From Kiritimatiellia bacterium (GTDB lineage Bacteria; Verrucomicrobiota; Kiritimatiellia; RFP12; UBA1067): DNA of 64,000 nucleotides. The notes under the pieces are model-generated. The model was not told the origin of the DNA, did not search any database, and worked only from the letters and a program-made list of their open reading frames with translations. The position numbers and the translations under genes are program-made. This document shows positions 1 through 9,824 of this stretch, piece after piece; the first letter of the stretch is position 1; each line of letters starts with the position of its first letter. Location: NCBI GenBank assembly GCA_050949565.1, contig JBMNFY010000017.1, positions 832,001 to 896,000 of the forward strand, written 5' to 3'.

Positions 1-294
1 CAACCGGGCTACGGCAATACCGCACCGTTGCAATTGGATGTGGATTTCGGAAGCCTAGACACCGAACAAGCGGTGTCCTGCCTGAAAACGCTGATCCGCA
101 CACACTTCGAACTGGGGGGGACGCTCATGAACATCAGTGTTGTTGACGAGCAACAGATTCTTGAAGCGAGCAAAAATCCCGAGGCCTACCCCGATCTGAT
201 TGTGCGCGTGACCGGCTTCACCGCCTACTTCGCCAACCTCTCCCCCGACTTCCGTAAGCTCGTGCTCGAACGAATCGTGCGACAGGCGTCTTGA
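1..294 (+). CDS. Glycyl-radical enzyme (pyruvate formate-lyase-like family), C-terminal end, 5'-truncated by the window
   Basis: C-terminal glycyl-radical loop 'YPDLIVRVTGFTAYF'; frame open from base 1. Confidence 0.85.
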   Translation, partial: QPGYGNTAPLQLDVDFGSLDTEQAVSCLKTLIRTHFELGGTLMNISVVDEQQILEASKNPEAYPDLIVRVTGFTAYFANLSPDFRKLVLERIVRQAS

Positions 295-347
295 ATGCGA
301 ATGACAATGAACGATGATCGAATCAAGGGTTAAAGAGAGGTGCCCGA

Positions 348-2279
348 ATGAAAAAAAGTATGACTGTTCAGGCTCTTGCAAAACCCCTTGCTTGCAGGTG
401 TGGCACGGGCATCTTGCCCGTGTTTCATGGGCGGGACGCCCATGCCACGAGGGGTTTTGCAAGAACCTCTGTTATTGCTGTCGGCCTTAGTCTCGTCGGC
501 GCGGTTTGCGTAGCGGAAACGCCTGCGATCCGTTTGCCCCCTGACGCGCTCAAGACACGTCCGATCACGGCGACGGCCGACGCGATTCTCGCCAAGGGTT
601 TCACGGTGACCCTTGAAGTCGATTTCGACGGTGTAAAGGATAATGAAACGCTTTACGAGGCAGGCTCCGCGAAACTCGCGTTCCGTCTGGCGGGAAAAAC
701 AAAAGGGCTGGAAAGGTATGACAGCCGAGGCGGCAATTATTTGAATTTCCCGATGCCGGACGGTTCGTGCCCGGTGATCGAGGCGACAATCTGCAACCAT
801 GCGGGACGCGTGGGAATCCCGCTCGGCTTTTTGGCGCGGAAGGACGGTGTCCACACCGTAATGCTCAACTTCTCCCCGGTCCACTGGTCAATTTGTGTGG
901 ATGGGCACGTGGACAACGACATGCCGATACCGCAAGAACCGGTAACATGGCCGGCGCAGGCGCAGGAACGTGTTTTCTCGCCGCGCGTACGATCCGCAGT
1001 ATTTGTCGCGCCAGCGAAACCGGATGCGTTGCCACAAGCGGTGGACGCGAAGCGCGTAACGCGTCCGATCCAATACTGGACACCGGACGATCACAATGCG
1101 TGGGTCGGCGACGTGGCGGTGGGAACCTGGAAAGGGCGCTTCCATGTGTTCTATCTCTTCGACCGCCGTCATCACGGGTCAGGCGCGGGCAAGGGTCGTC
1201 ACTATTTCGCGCATCTTTCGTCCGGCGACCTCGCGAACTGGGATGAGCATCCCCTCGCGGTGCCGATTGATGACTGGTGGGAGTGCATCGGCACGGGCAC
1301 GCCGTTTGAACTGGACGGTAAGTACTGCCTCGCGTACGGGCTCCATACGGAGCGGATGATGCCGCAAGGGAAAGACTGTCCCGTGGGCGGCACCTACGCC
1401 GTGTCGGAGGACGGCATCCACTTCCGGAAAACGGGTGTGATGTTCACATCCGATCGCAACCCGAGTGTCTACAACCGCGCAGACGGTCGCCTCGGCATAG
1501 GCACGAAAAACGGACAGCTTTATTACCGAGAGGGTGACGCTTGGGATTGGAAACCCGCCGGCAAGCGCGCACCTGTGAGCGGGGATTGTCCCGCGCCGTT
1601 CACATGGGGTGGACAGGATTATCTCATCCAAGGGTTCTTCCACATGGCGTCGCGTCCGAACGAGTCCGGCGACTGGGAAGACTGGGCGGCCTCGGGCGAC
1701 GACGTCTACGAAGGGCTCTCCGTGCCGATGGTCGCCCCTTGGTCGGGCGACCGCCGCATCATGGTCGGCTGGCTCCGACATCTCTACGGTTGGGGCGGCT
1801 GGCTTGTCTTCCGTGAACTCGTGCGCTATCCCGACGGTAAACTCGGCGTAAAGTGGCTAGCGGAAACGCCGACACCGGCACCGCCGCAGACCTTCGCCGT
1901 GACCGATGTCACGAAGCCGTTCGTTGTGCGGGCGGTAGCAAAGGCGGGCGACACGGACTTTGAATTCCGCATCGATCCTGCCGAAGCGCGGGCGCAATTC
2001 CATTTCCCGCGCAAGGGCGAATCCGGCGCACGAGTTTTGACTACGGCAGAGTTTTTGAAAGTTCCCACGGACAAGCGCTCGACCGTCATCGGCGGCCACG
2101 CGTCATCCGGGGGAGCTTTCGCGCTCGGCAAGATCCGCGGGCTCGACAAGCCGTTCACCGTAAAGCTTGTGCAGTACTACGACGCGAAATCCGACGCGAC
2201 GATTTTCGACGTGGAAATCGCTGGCACCCAAACGATGATCACGTGCCGCGCGGGCCGCTTCGCGCCCGCCGCCCACTAG
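348..2279 (+). CDS. Secreted GH32-like five-bladed beta-propeller glycoside hydrolase
   Basis: Motifs 'WVGDVAV..FHVFYL', 'WDEHPLA', 'CIGTG', 'DCP', 'RRIMVGW', 'FREL'; RBS GAGAGG before ATG 348; signal peptide interrupted by a palindromic insert. Confidence 0.7.
   Translation: MKKSMTVQALAKPLACRCGTGILPVFHGRDAHATRGFARTSVIAVGLSLVGAVCVAETPAIRLPPDALKTRPITATADAILAKGFTVTLEVDFDGVKDNETLYEAGSAKLAFRLAGKTKGLERYDSRGGNYLNFPMPDGSCPVIEATICNHAGRVGIPLGFLARKDGVHTVMLNFSPVHWSICVDGHVDNDMPIPQEPVTWPAQAQERVFSPRVRSAVFVAPAKPDALPQAVDAKRVTRPIQYWTPDDHNAWVGDVAVGTWKGRFHVFYLFDRRHHGSGAGKGRHYFAHLSSGDLANWDEHPLAVPIDDWWECIGTGTPFELDGKYCLAYGLHTERMMPQGKDCPVGGTYAVSEDGIHFRKTGVMFTSDRNPSVYNRADGRLGIGTKNGQLYYREGDAWDWKPAGKRAPVSGDCPAPFTWGGQDYLIQGFFHMASRPNESGDWEDWAASGDDVYEGLSVPMVAPWSGDRRIMVGWLRHLYGWGGWLVFRELVRYPDGKLGVKWLAETPTPAPPQTFAVTDVTKPFVVRAVAKAGDTDFEFRIDPAEARAQFHFPRKGESGARVLTTAEFLKVPTDKRSTVIGGHASSGGAFALGKIRGLDKPFTVKLVQYYDAKSDATIFDVEIAGTQTMITCRAGRFAPAAH
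369..469. mobile_element. ~100 bp MITE-like palindromic element, copy 1, in frame inside a CDS
   Basis: Terminal inverted repeats AGGCTCTTGCAAAACCCCT / AGGGGTTTTGCAAGAACCT around two internal hairpins; near-identical copy at 45881-45981. Confidence 0.8.
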
Positions 2280-2299
2280 TACTCTGTTGCAATTAAAAA

Positions 2300-3135
2300 C
2301 CAGCTGATCAATTTGAATTTGTGATTTGTGATTTAGGAGTCGCAAGCCGCAGATCGAACGTCGCGGGTCAACCCCTTTGGCTTCAGCCGTCTAAACACCT
2401 GTCCCTTAGTCGCAAGATTTTGCGGTGACAAGAGCCGCGCTGTGCGCGGGTCGCGGCACCGCTTTTTCTCCGCGTTGTGCGTGGAGACCCCACACTTAGT
2501 CGGTCACACTTAGTCGATTGCGCTTGCGACGAAATGTTTTGGACGACGAAGACAACAGAGGGACAGGTATTTAGACGACTATGTTTTGGACTTTCACCGA
2601 ATGAACCGAATTAAACGAATGATGGCCTCGTTTCAAATCACCCGTCCCTGTCCCTTAGTTGTCCCAAGACCATATGTTTCTGGTGAAAGGGAAGCAGAGA
2701 GTCGGAGCGCGGGCGTCCCCGCCCGCAACAACGTGTCTTGCAAAAGGCTGATGCACACACGTGTTCGTTTTTTTTGACATGATTAACATGATTTGGAGGG
2801 CGAGCGTCCCCACGAGCCGCCTTCCGCTACGCGGAAGGATAGGACGAGCGTCGCTCGTCCGCGGGCAAGCAGACGCTTGCCCCTCCCCGCGCTTCGCAAG
2901 CCTGATCATGGGCTGGAGGGCGAGCGTCCCCACGAGCCGCGCTACCTGAGAGTTGAACGTTGAGCGTTGCGCGTTGAGCCTAAAAGGGGCAGTTGAAATT
3001 ACAAGGTGTCCTTTGGTTTCAGGTTCATGATGTTTCAATGTTCAGCCCCGAAGGGGCGCTACATACCAGCTCAGGGCAACGCCTTGAGATTTGGGCAAAG
3101 AAAACGTATGAGCCCTGAAAGGGCGTGACAATCCC
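2300..3135. repeat. Mosaic intergenic cluster of REP-like hairpins and 7-bp microrepeats
   Basis: Modules shared with 14870-15320, 20330-20910 (reverse complement), 48740-48950 and 59050-59120, e.g. GGAGGGCGAGCGTCCCCACGAGCC twice and GGGCAAGCAGACGCTTGCCCCTCC. Confidence 0.85.
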
Positions 3136-3149
3136 TCAACGCGCCGACA

Positions 3150-3720
3150 CACCGCACCGCCGCCGCACCCAATGTCCGAACCCCGCCCGTGCCCACACCT
3201 TGAAAGGTGTGGGCATACCCGCCCCTTCAGCCGGACATGCCCAAACGCACCCCGCGCGCACTGGGCGACCGCACCGAAACCTCTGTTTTTAAAGGCCCGT
3301 CCCGCTCTAAGCGGCAACACTCCGCACTGCCGCCGCACCCAATGCCCGAACCCCGCCCGTGCCCACACCTTGAAAGGTGTGGGCATACCCGTCCCTTCAG
3401 CCGGGCATGCCAAAACGCACCCCGCGTGCGCCGGGCGACCGCGCCGAACCCCCTGTTTTTAAAGGCCCGTCCCGCTCTAAGCGGCAATACACCGCGTTGC
3501 CGCCGCACCCAATGCCCGCGCCCCGCCCGTGCCCACACCTTGAAAGGTGTGGGCATATCCGCCCCGTCAGCCGGGCATGCCAAAACCACCCCGGCGCGCC
3601 GGGCGACCGCGCCGAACCCCTGTTTTTAAAGGCCCGTCCCGCTCTAAGCGGCAACACTCGCACCGCCGCCGCACCCAATGTCCGAACCTCGCCCGTGCCC
3701 ACACCTTGAAAGGTGTGGGC
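3150..3720. repeat. Tandem array of ~3.3 units of 166-170 bp with a perfect hairpin (BIME-like)
   Basis: GCCCACACCTTGAAAGGTGTGGGC at 3191, 3361, 3531 and 3697; invariant 35-mer at 3283, 3453 and 3620. Confidence 0.95.
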
Positions 3721-3850
3721 GACAAAGGGACAGGTATTTAGACGTACTAACGCAACTTTCAACGCCCAAGTAGCGCGGCTTGCGGAGATACTTGCTCCAA
3801 GCTTCGCGCCTTCGCGTCTTCGCGTGAAAAACCCGAGCTTACCCGAAACC

Positions 3851-5323
3851 CTACACGATTTCCCAGCCTGGGCGGTAATCGCGCGTCAAATATGGGGCTG
3901 CTTCAGGACGGTTGGTGACGGCGAGTTTCGCCGAATCCCAGAGCAGACGCTTGCCGCCGAGACGCAACGATATTGCCGCCAAGTTGAAGGCTTCGGAGAT
4001 CGGTCCGGCGTGCTGAAAATCACCATACGTGGGTGCGCCACCTTTAAAGGCTTTGACCCAGTTGAGGTTGACCGGCTCGACCGCAGGCAGCGGCGCTTGC
4101 GTGTCGCCCGAGAGTATACGCGGATTCTGACCGAGGAACCCGGCCAAGATCTTGCCGCGGTCACCGACAAATAGCATGCCCTCCGGCGGTAACTCGCCGT
4201 TCTCGCGCTCCAATTCCTCGGGTGTCGGCGGGCGCATGCCGCCATCGTACCACCACAGGTCGAGCGCGGGACGCGCGCCTTTGGCGGCGAAGCCGAAGCG
4301 CACGGTGCAAGCGGCAGGGAAGGACCACGTGTTTGTGATCTTCACGCTCACGCGGTCGCGCAACGTGCAGACATGGCTGGGCGTGGACTCGACGCGTATC
4401 GGCGCATCGAGGTCGAACTCCCGGAAGACGCGCCAGAGGCTGTAGTGTCCCATGTCAGCGATGGCTCCACCACCGAACTCGTACCAACCGCGAAAAACGG
4501 TGTGGGTGTAGTGCGGATGGTAGGGACAGTCGCGCGACGGACCGAGCCACAGCGCCCAGTCGAAATCTTTGGGCACCGGCGGCGTGTCGGAAGGACGCTC
4601 CGGATATTGCGGCCAGACCGGTCGGTTGGACCAGTTGTGGATCTCGCGCAGGCGACCGATCGCGCCGTTGCGGATGAGCTGTGCCGAGATCGAAACATCG
4701 CCGCCCGAACTGGCGGGGATGAAGTGAGTGGCGACCCCGGTTTCCCGTGCGGTCTCGATCACGCGACGCGCTTCGATCACACGGTTAGCCAGCGGCTTGT
4801 GCAGCATGACATGCCGACCAGCCCGCATCGCGGCAATAGCGACCGACGCATGCAGATGGTCGGGCGTCATGATTTTGACCGCGTGTAGCCCCCGCTCTTT
4901 CTCCAGCAACTCCCTGAAGTCCGCGTAGCGCGCGCAAGGCTTCGCCGTTTCGCCGGCGCGATGGCGGGCGTAGTAGGCGTCAACCACCTCCGCCGCGACA
5001 TCGCGACCGCCGGGGATCGCCTGGTCTGCGCGCCAGTCAGCGACGCCAATGGCGTTGGCCAGACCTTTGCGCAGACCTTGGCGTGACCAATCCACATAGT
5101 CGTCGCTGTCCTTGTTCGGATCGCACACAGCCACCACCCGAACGCCCGGCGTGGCCAGCAGGCCGGGCAGTTCGCGAAGCCCCTGCGTACCGCAACCGAT
5201 AAGGGCCACGTTCAGCGTATCAGCAGGAGCCGCCTGCCCCGACGCACTGGGCGTGAAGGCAGGCAAGACGTTGAGCGCCGCAGCCGAGACACTGGCTGAC
5301 TTCAAGAACGCGCGACGGTTCAT
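3851..5323 (-). CDS. Tat-exported Gfo/Idh/MocA family oxidoreductase
   Basis: 'MNRRAFLK' twin-arginine signal; 'VALIGCGTQG' Rossmann motif; 'TPDHLHA', 'HKPLA', 'GGAIADMGHY'. Confidence 0.9.
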   Translation of the reverse strand: MNRRAFLKSASVSAAALNVLPAFTPSASGQAAPADTLNVALIGCGTQGLRELPGLLATPGVRVVAVCDPNKDSDDYVDWSRQGLRKGLANAIGVADWRADQAIPGGRDVAAEVVDAYYARHRAGETAKPCARYADFRELLEKERGLHAVKIMTPDHLHASVAIAAMRAGRHVMLHKPLANRVIEARRVIETARETGVATHFIPASSGGDVSISAQLIRNGAIGRLREIHNWSNRPVWPQYPERPSDTPPVPKDFDWALWLGPSRDCPYHPHYTHTVFRGWYEFGGGAIADMGHYSLWRVFREFDLDAPIRVESTPSHVCTLRDRVSVKITNTWSFPAACTVRFGFAAKGARPALDLWWYDGGMRPPTPEELERENGELPPEGMLFVGDRGKILAGFLGQNPRILSGDTQAPLPAVEPVNLNWVKAFKGGAPTYGDFQHAGPISEAFNLAAISLRLGGKRLLWDSAKLAVTNRPEAAPYLTRDYRPGWEIV

Positions 5324-5327
5324 ACGA

Positions 5328-5648
5328 TTACTCGCCGTACACGACGGTGGTGGTCTCGTTGTACAGCCAGAAGATGTTTTTCACGTGGTAGTCAACGTGA
5401 TGCACCTTGCGGATGCCGCCATTGCGCATCGCTTCGCCGATCGTCGCGTCACCACTGCCGAAGAAAAGGACGCCACCGCTCCACGCTTCGCCGCGCTTGA
5501 GCGGGCGCACGCTGTTATCCACGATAGGATCCGAAGCGGCGTGGTTGAGAACCAAGGCGGACTGCACGGTACCCTTGGTCGGGATAATGCAACCGGACAG
5601 AACAAGCGCACCGACACAGACGGCACTCAGAGCGAACAACTTTTTCAT
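5328..5648 (-). CDS. TRL-like family lipoprotein
   Basis: Lipobox 'VLSGC'; 'GDATIGEAMRNGGIRKVHHVDY...TTVVYGE'; RBS AGGAGA upstream of ATG 5648. Confidence 0.75.
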   Translation of the reverse strand: MKKLFALSAVCVGALVLSGCIIPTKGTVQSALVLNHAASDPIVDNSVRPLKRGEAWSGGVLFFGSGDATIGEAMRNGGIRKVHHVDYHVKNIFWLYNETTTVVYGE

Positions 5649-5932
5649 GTGAAGTCTCCTGTTGTAAGGCCACGGAATTGTAGCCATCTTTCTGCAAATG
5701 ATCGTCGCACGTTTGGGCGCGAAAAGCAAGCGTCTGTTCTGAAAAAAGCGACTAATGCGGGTGAAACCCGCAACCCAAGTTAATTAGTTAATTAGTGCAT
5801 GAGTGCATGAGTCTGTCTGGGAGTGTGCCGCCCCAAAAAACCTCCGTGTTCTCTGTGCCTCTGTGAGAGAAAAAAGCCGAGCCTAAATCCTAAATGCTAC
5901 CTCCGCGCACAGCGCGGCTGTGCCGTAAGGCA

Positions 5933-6940
5933 CTAACGCACTGCGGCGCGCTTCGGCGGCCGCGCCATCAGTTCGTCGATCACCTTGCCCACGTCTTCTT
6001 TGGACATTTTCACTGTAAGACGGCAGTTGGGGCTTGACTCGTCCGCGACCCACTCATTCTCGCCCTTCGTTCCCATCATGCGATATGTACCGCGCTCAGT
6101 GTTGAAGTAGCGATCCAGTTCCCGCACGGCAGCGAGGATCGCCGTCTGATCCCAACTCGGATGCCCCGCGAGGCGATCATAGGTGGTGTCATTCACCTTG
6201 TCGCGCGGCGGCAAACGATACGCATAAGCGTCGCGCACCGGATTGCGCGTGTCGGGGAGTTCGGAGACGACGCGTCCAGTGAAGATATAGCGCCCATACT
6301 GCCAATCCGAGAACACGATCGGCGTGGGCCATTGATCGAATGTAATCTTGGAGGCCTCCCAATCGCCGGCAGAATTGTGTTCCTTGCCGGTGGGATAGGA
6401 ACACGCCATGATCACGGCTTTCTTCACTTTCTTCGCCACGAGAGCACGGCCGTCGAGCGGAGAGTACTGGTCGCCCTTTGATTCAAGCAGTCTGCGGAGG
6501 TTTGTCATAAAGTCCACGGCACACACCACCACGCTGCCGTCCGGCTGGGCGGCGAGCGTCTTACGGAAAACCTCCGTAGCATCCGGCGCCTGCGAACTGT
6601 CTGCGTATCTGTACCAGCCTTCGTATTTCTGCAGGAGATTGAAGCCGCGCGCGCCGGGCCCGCATACACCCGTATCATGTAACGCGCCTACCAACAAGTC
6701 CGGGCGTCCGTAGTAACGGTTCACGATCTCCACCACCGCGAGCCCAGTATTCCCGCGCGTGCTCTGCACCACCGCCAACAACTCACATTCGCCCGCGTCC
6801 GCAAGCGCATGCAGCATCGCCAACGCTCCGATGTCATCGTAGTCGGTGTACATGTCCGTGTCGAAAATCACCTTGACGGGGCCAGCGGCCACCTTCAGCG
6901 CGGCACATACCGCCACAGCCATAAGAAAGTTTTTCATCAT
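5933..6940 (-). CDS. Secreted nucleoside hydrolase (IU-NH family)
   Basis: Signal peptide followed by 'VIFDTDMYTDYDDIGALAMLH'; 'EHN', 'PSWDQ'. Confidence 0.85.
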   Translation of the reverse strand: MMKNFLMAVAVCAALKVAAGPVKVIFDTDMYTDYDDIGALAMLHALADAGECELLAVVQSTRGNTGLAVVEIVNRYYGRPDLLVGALHDTGVCGPGARGFNLLQKYEGWYRYADSSQAPDATEVFRKTLAAQPDGSVVVCAVDFMTNLRRLLESKGDQYSPLDGRALVAKKVKKAVIMACSYPTGKEHNSAGDWEASKITFDQWPTPIVFSDWQYGRYIFTGRVVSELPDTRNPVRDAYAYRLPPRDKVNDTTYDRLAGHPSWDQTAILAAVRELDRYFNTERGTYRMMGTKGENEWVADESSPNCRLTVKMSKEDVGKVIDELMARPPKRAAVR

Positions 6941-6945
6941 TCACC

Positions 6946-8323
6946 TCATCTGAGCAGGAACAGGGTTCCGGCGTCATCATGCAAAACCCGCAAAACACCC
7001 TTGCCTGCGAAACGGGTATTGTCCTTGTAGTAGGCACTACTGTCGGACGAACCGTAAGTACCAGCACGCTGCATCTTGTCGCCGTAATAGAGCCAGCCGA
7101 CCCGCTCGTCCACGCCGTCGGCCATTTGGATCTTGGCCGTACCGACACCTTGCGGCGGCATCTGCACGATGACAGCGTCAGCGATCGCGACCGAGTTGGA
7201 GAGGAGCAGCGTGCCGCTACCGCCCACCGCGATGTTGGTGCTGTTGTTGCCGAAGGTGCCCGTGTCGCCCACGGCCAGAACACCGTTACTCACGCTGAAG
7301 CTGCCGGAAGTGGTATGCGCACCGGTGAACAGGAGAGAGCCGGTGCCAAGCTTGACGATGCTCACCGCGCCCGTGATATTGCCGCTGTGAACACGATCTG
7401 CGTTCTGGTTGATCGTCAGCGTCGCAGGCTCCACACTGAACAAGATCCGTGTGTAGCCAGACACCGTTCCAGTTGAGAAGGTTCCTATGACCTGATCATG
7501 GCCGTTGAGATCGACGTACGAATCCTGTCCACCTGCGCTACCCTGTTGCAGCGACATGGTCGGTAGAAACGCGTTGGGCACATCGAAACGAACGAAATGC
7601 CCCCCCGTAAACATTTCGGAAATGGTGTTGCCGGCAACCGCGAAAATCACGCCGCCACCGCCCACGTGGCAAGTTACTCTCGTCGTGCTGACCGGCTTTC
7701 CCGAGATACGGATCCAGGCATTCTCCACCGCCGTATAGACGAGGGCACTCCCATCTGCGCCGCCAGTGAGTTCCAGCGGACTCCCGGCCAAGGCACGGAT
7801 CCGTCCGCCATGGGCCGTGATTTTTCCGGTCAAGACGTTGCTGCCCGTGACGTTCCGGATCGCACCGTGCCAGCCACAACCGGTGAGAATACCTTCACCT
7901 CCGATGATGAATGGTTCTGCGACCGTAATACCGCTGCCGCCCTCAATACAAAGATAGCCGCCGTTCCTGATTTCCGTGGCACCGTCTGCACTACCCAGCG
8001 CATTGCCGTGCGTGATCTCGACGACCCCGGTGCTCACCACCGTGGTTTTGCCCCGATAAGTGTTGTTGCCAGAGAGCCGCAACATGCCCTCGCCTTGAAA
8101 CACCAGATCGCAGGGCGCATCGTTGTCAGAAAGTGTGCCGGTCACGTCGAGCGTCACAACAGCCGTTCCGTTATTAGAGATACGCCAATGCTGATGGTTG
8201 GCGAAGACGATATCCTCATCGATCGTATACGTACGCGGCGTCACGTTCGGCGTCATCGCCACAAGGCCGTTGAGGCCGTTGGTAATGACGCCGGCTCCAG
8301 CGGCCAGAGTGAAATCCGTATCA
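6946..8323 (-). pseudogene. Autotransporter-associated beta-strand repeat protein, 5' part removed at the IS boundary
   Basis: Repeats 'GEGMLRLSGNNTYRGKTTV' and 'KLGTGSLLFTGAHTTSGSFSVSNGVL'; the frame runs into the left inverted repeat of the IS; no start or signal peptide present. Confidence 0.8.
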
Positions 8324-9772
8324 AAGGACTTTCCCCAAAAAATCGGGGGCAATTATATCTAAGTCCTTGAAAACAAAGGGGATGCGTCTCTGACGGGCGT
8401 GCCTGAAAGTGAAAAAGTGGTTTTCCTCCGCCGGTTCTGCCAAAATGGCGGTTCAACCAAAAACCAAAAACCGGAAAGGAAAACCGACGTGAATCATAGC
8501 GCAACGGCGTTCAAAGCGCGAGAGCAACTCAAGAATTTTTTGGGGGAACTTTCCCCCCGGTTTTCCAAGCCGCTCGGCAAGTTCGTGGGCGACATGGTCT
8601 ACGGGATACAGGCGTCGCAGGACGTGAAGCTCAGCCGGATCGCCCGCGCGCTCGACGAGCCGATATCGATGAAGAAACTGGAGGACAGGCTGAGCCGGAT
8701 GCTCGGGAGCGAGGGCATCGAGCAGGGGATTTCCGACGCTGTCGCCCGTCTGGGCTCGCGTCACGTCCATCAGGACACGCTGATCGTCATCGACCCGACC
8801 GACATCCGTAAGCTGTACGCGAAGAAGATGGAATATCTCGCCCGCGTCCGGGACGGGAGCACGGGGGAGATCGGCAACGGATACAGCGCCTGCCTGGCGG
8901 TCGCCTGCGAGAGCGGCGGCCGCCGGATCACGCCGTTGCACATGCGGCTGTGGTCGAGCGAGGCGGAGGGCTTCATCGGCCAGAACGACGAGGTGCTCGG
9001 CGTCATCGACCAGATCAGCTCCCGCGCGAAGAAGCGCGGCATCTACGTCATCGACCGCGGAGGCGACGGAGACTGGCTGTTCGACGGCCTGGACCGGCGC
9101 AAACTGGACTACATCGTGCGCCTCGTGGGCAACCGCAACCTGCTCCACGGCCGGCGGACCGCGCTGGCCGAAGAACTGGCGGCATCCTGCCCCATGAAGC
9201 ACATCGAGATCGTCACGAGGGAGACGGGGGACGGGGTGAAAAGCTATAAGCTGGAGTTCGGCGCCATGACCGTCGCCCTGCCGCAGAGGCCCGACAAGCC
9301 CCTGCGCATGGTCGTGGTGAAGGGGTTCGGCGAGCGGCCGATGCTCCTGCTGACCACGCTGGCCGGGACGACGTCGCGCAAGTCCCTGTGGCAGGTCGTC
9401 GAGGGCTATCTGACGCGGTGGCGCGTCGAGGACGCGATCCGCTTCGTCAAGCAGAGCTACAACCTCGAGGACATCCGGGTCCTGACGTACCGGCGCCTGA
9501 AAAACATGGTCGCTCTGCTGCTGGCCGTCATCTACTTCAACTGCGTCTGGCTGGCCGGACGGCTGCGCTGCGAGATCCTGACGACCAACATCACCCACGC
9601 CGCCAAGCGCATCTACGGCGTGGCCGAGTTCCTCCACTACGCCGTCGCCGACGGCCTCGGGAGGCTCTTCACGCGCCACGGGAAATGGTACGGCTACAAG
9701 CCGCCAGACCCCGAATCAAACCCGCTCGGACTGGTCTTTCTGGAATGACCAGATTTTTTGGGGAAACTCCTT
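8324..9772 (+). mobile_element. IS4-family insertion sequence (~1.45 kb)
   Basis: 21-bp terminal inverted repeats AAGGACTTTCCCCAAAAAATC (8324-8344) and GATTTTTTGGGGAAACTCCTT (9752-9772), one mismatch; no target duplication visible. Confidence 0.9.
8489..9748 (+). CDS. DDE transposase, IS4 superfamily
   Basis: 'IVIDPTD', 'VIDRGGD' and the Y-R-E-K signature 'YLTRWRVEDAIRFVKQ'; GTG start after AAGGA. Confidence 0.9.
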   Translation: MNHSATAFKAREQLKNFLGELSPRFSKPLGKFVGDMVYGIQASQDVKLSRIARALDEPISMKKLEDRLSRMLGSEGIEQGISDAVARLGSRHVHQDTLIVIDPTDIRKLYAKKMEYLARVRDGSTGEIGNGYSACLAVACESGGRRITPLHMRLWSSEAEGFIGQNDEVLGVIDQISSRAKKRGIYVIDRGGDGDWLFDGLDRRKLDYIVRLVGNRNLLHGRRTALAEELAASCPMKHIEIVTRETGDGVKSYKLEFGAMTVALPQRPDKPLRMVVVKGFGERPMLLLTTLAGTTSRKSLWQVVEGYLTRWRVEDAIRFVKQSYNLEDIRVLTYRRLKNMVALLLAVIYFNCVWLAGRLRCEILTTNITHAAKRIYGVAEFLHYAVADGLGRLFTRHGKWYGYKPPDPESNPLGLVFLE

Positions 9773-9824
9773 GAAACGGTAGCCATTGCCCGGCGAGGGT
9801 TCCCTGTGTTATGCTCATTGCATC

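Noticed and set aside
3150-3720. CRISPR array (block B begins GTTTTT and ends GCAAC)
   Set aside because: Intervening sequences are ~135 bp and homologous to each other rather than unique spacers; no cas genes in the window
3042-3762. Short Pro/Arg/Cys-rich ORFs on both strands
   Set aside because: Translations of the tandem repeat; the 170-bp period is not a multiple of three and there is no RBS
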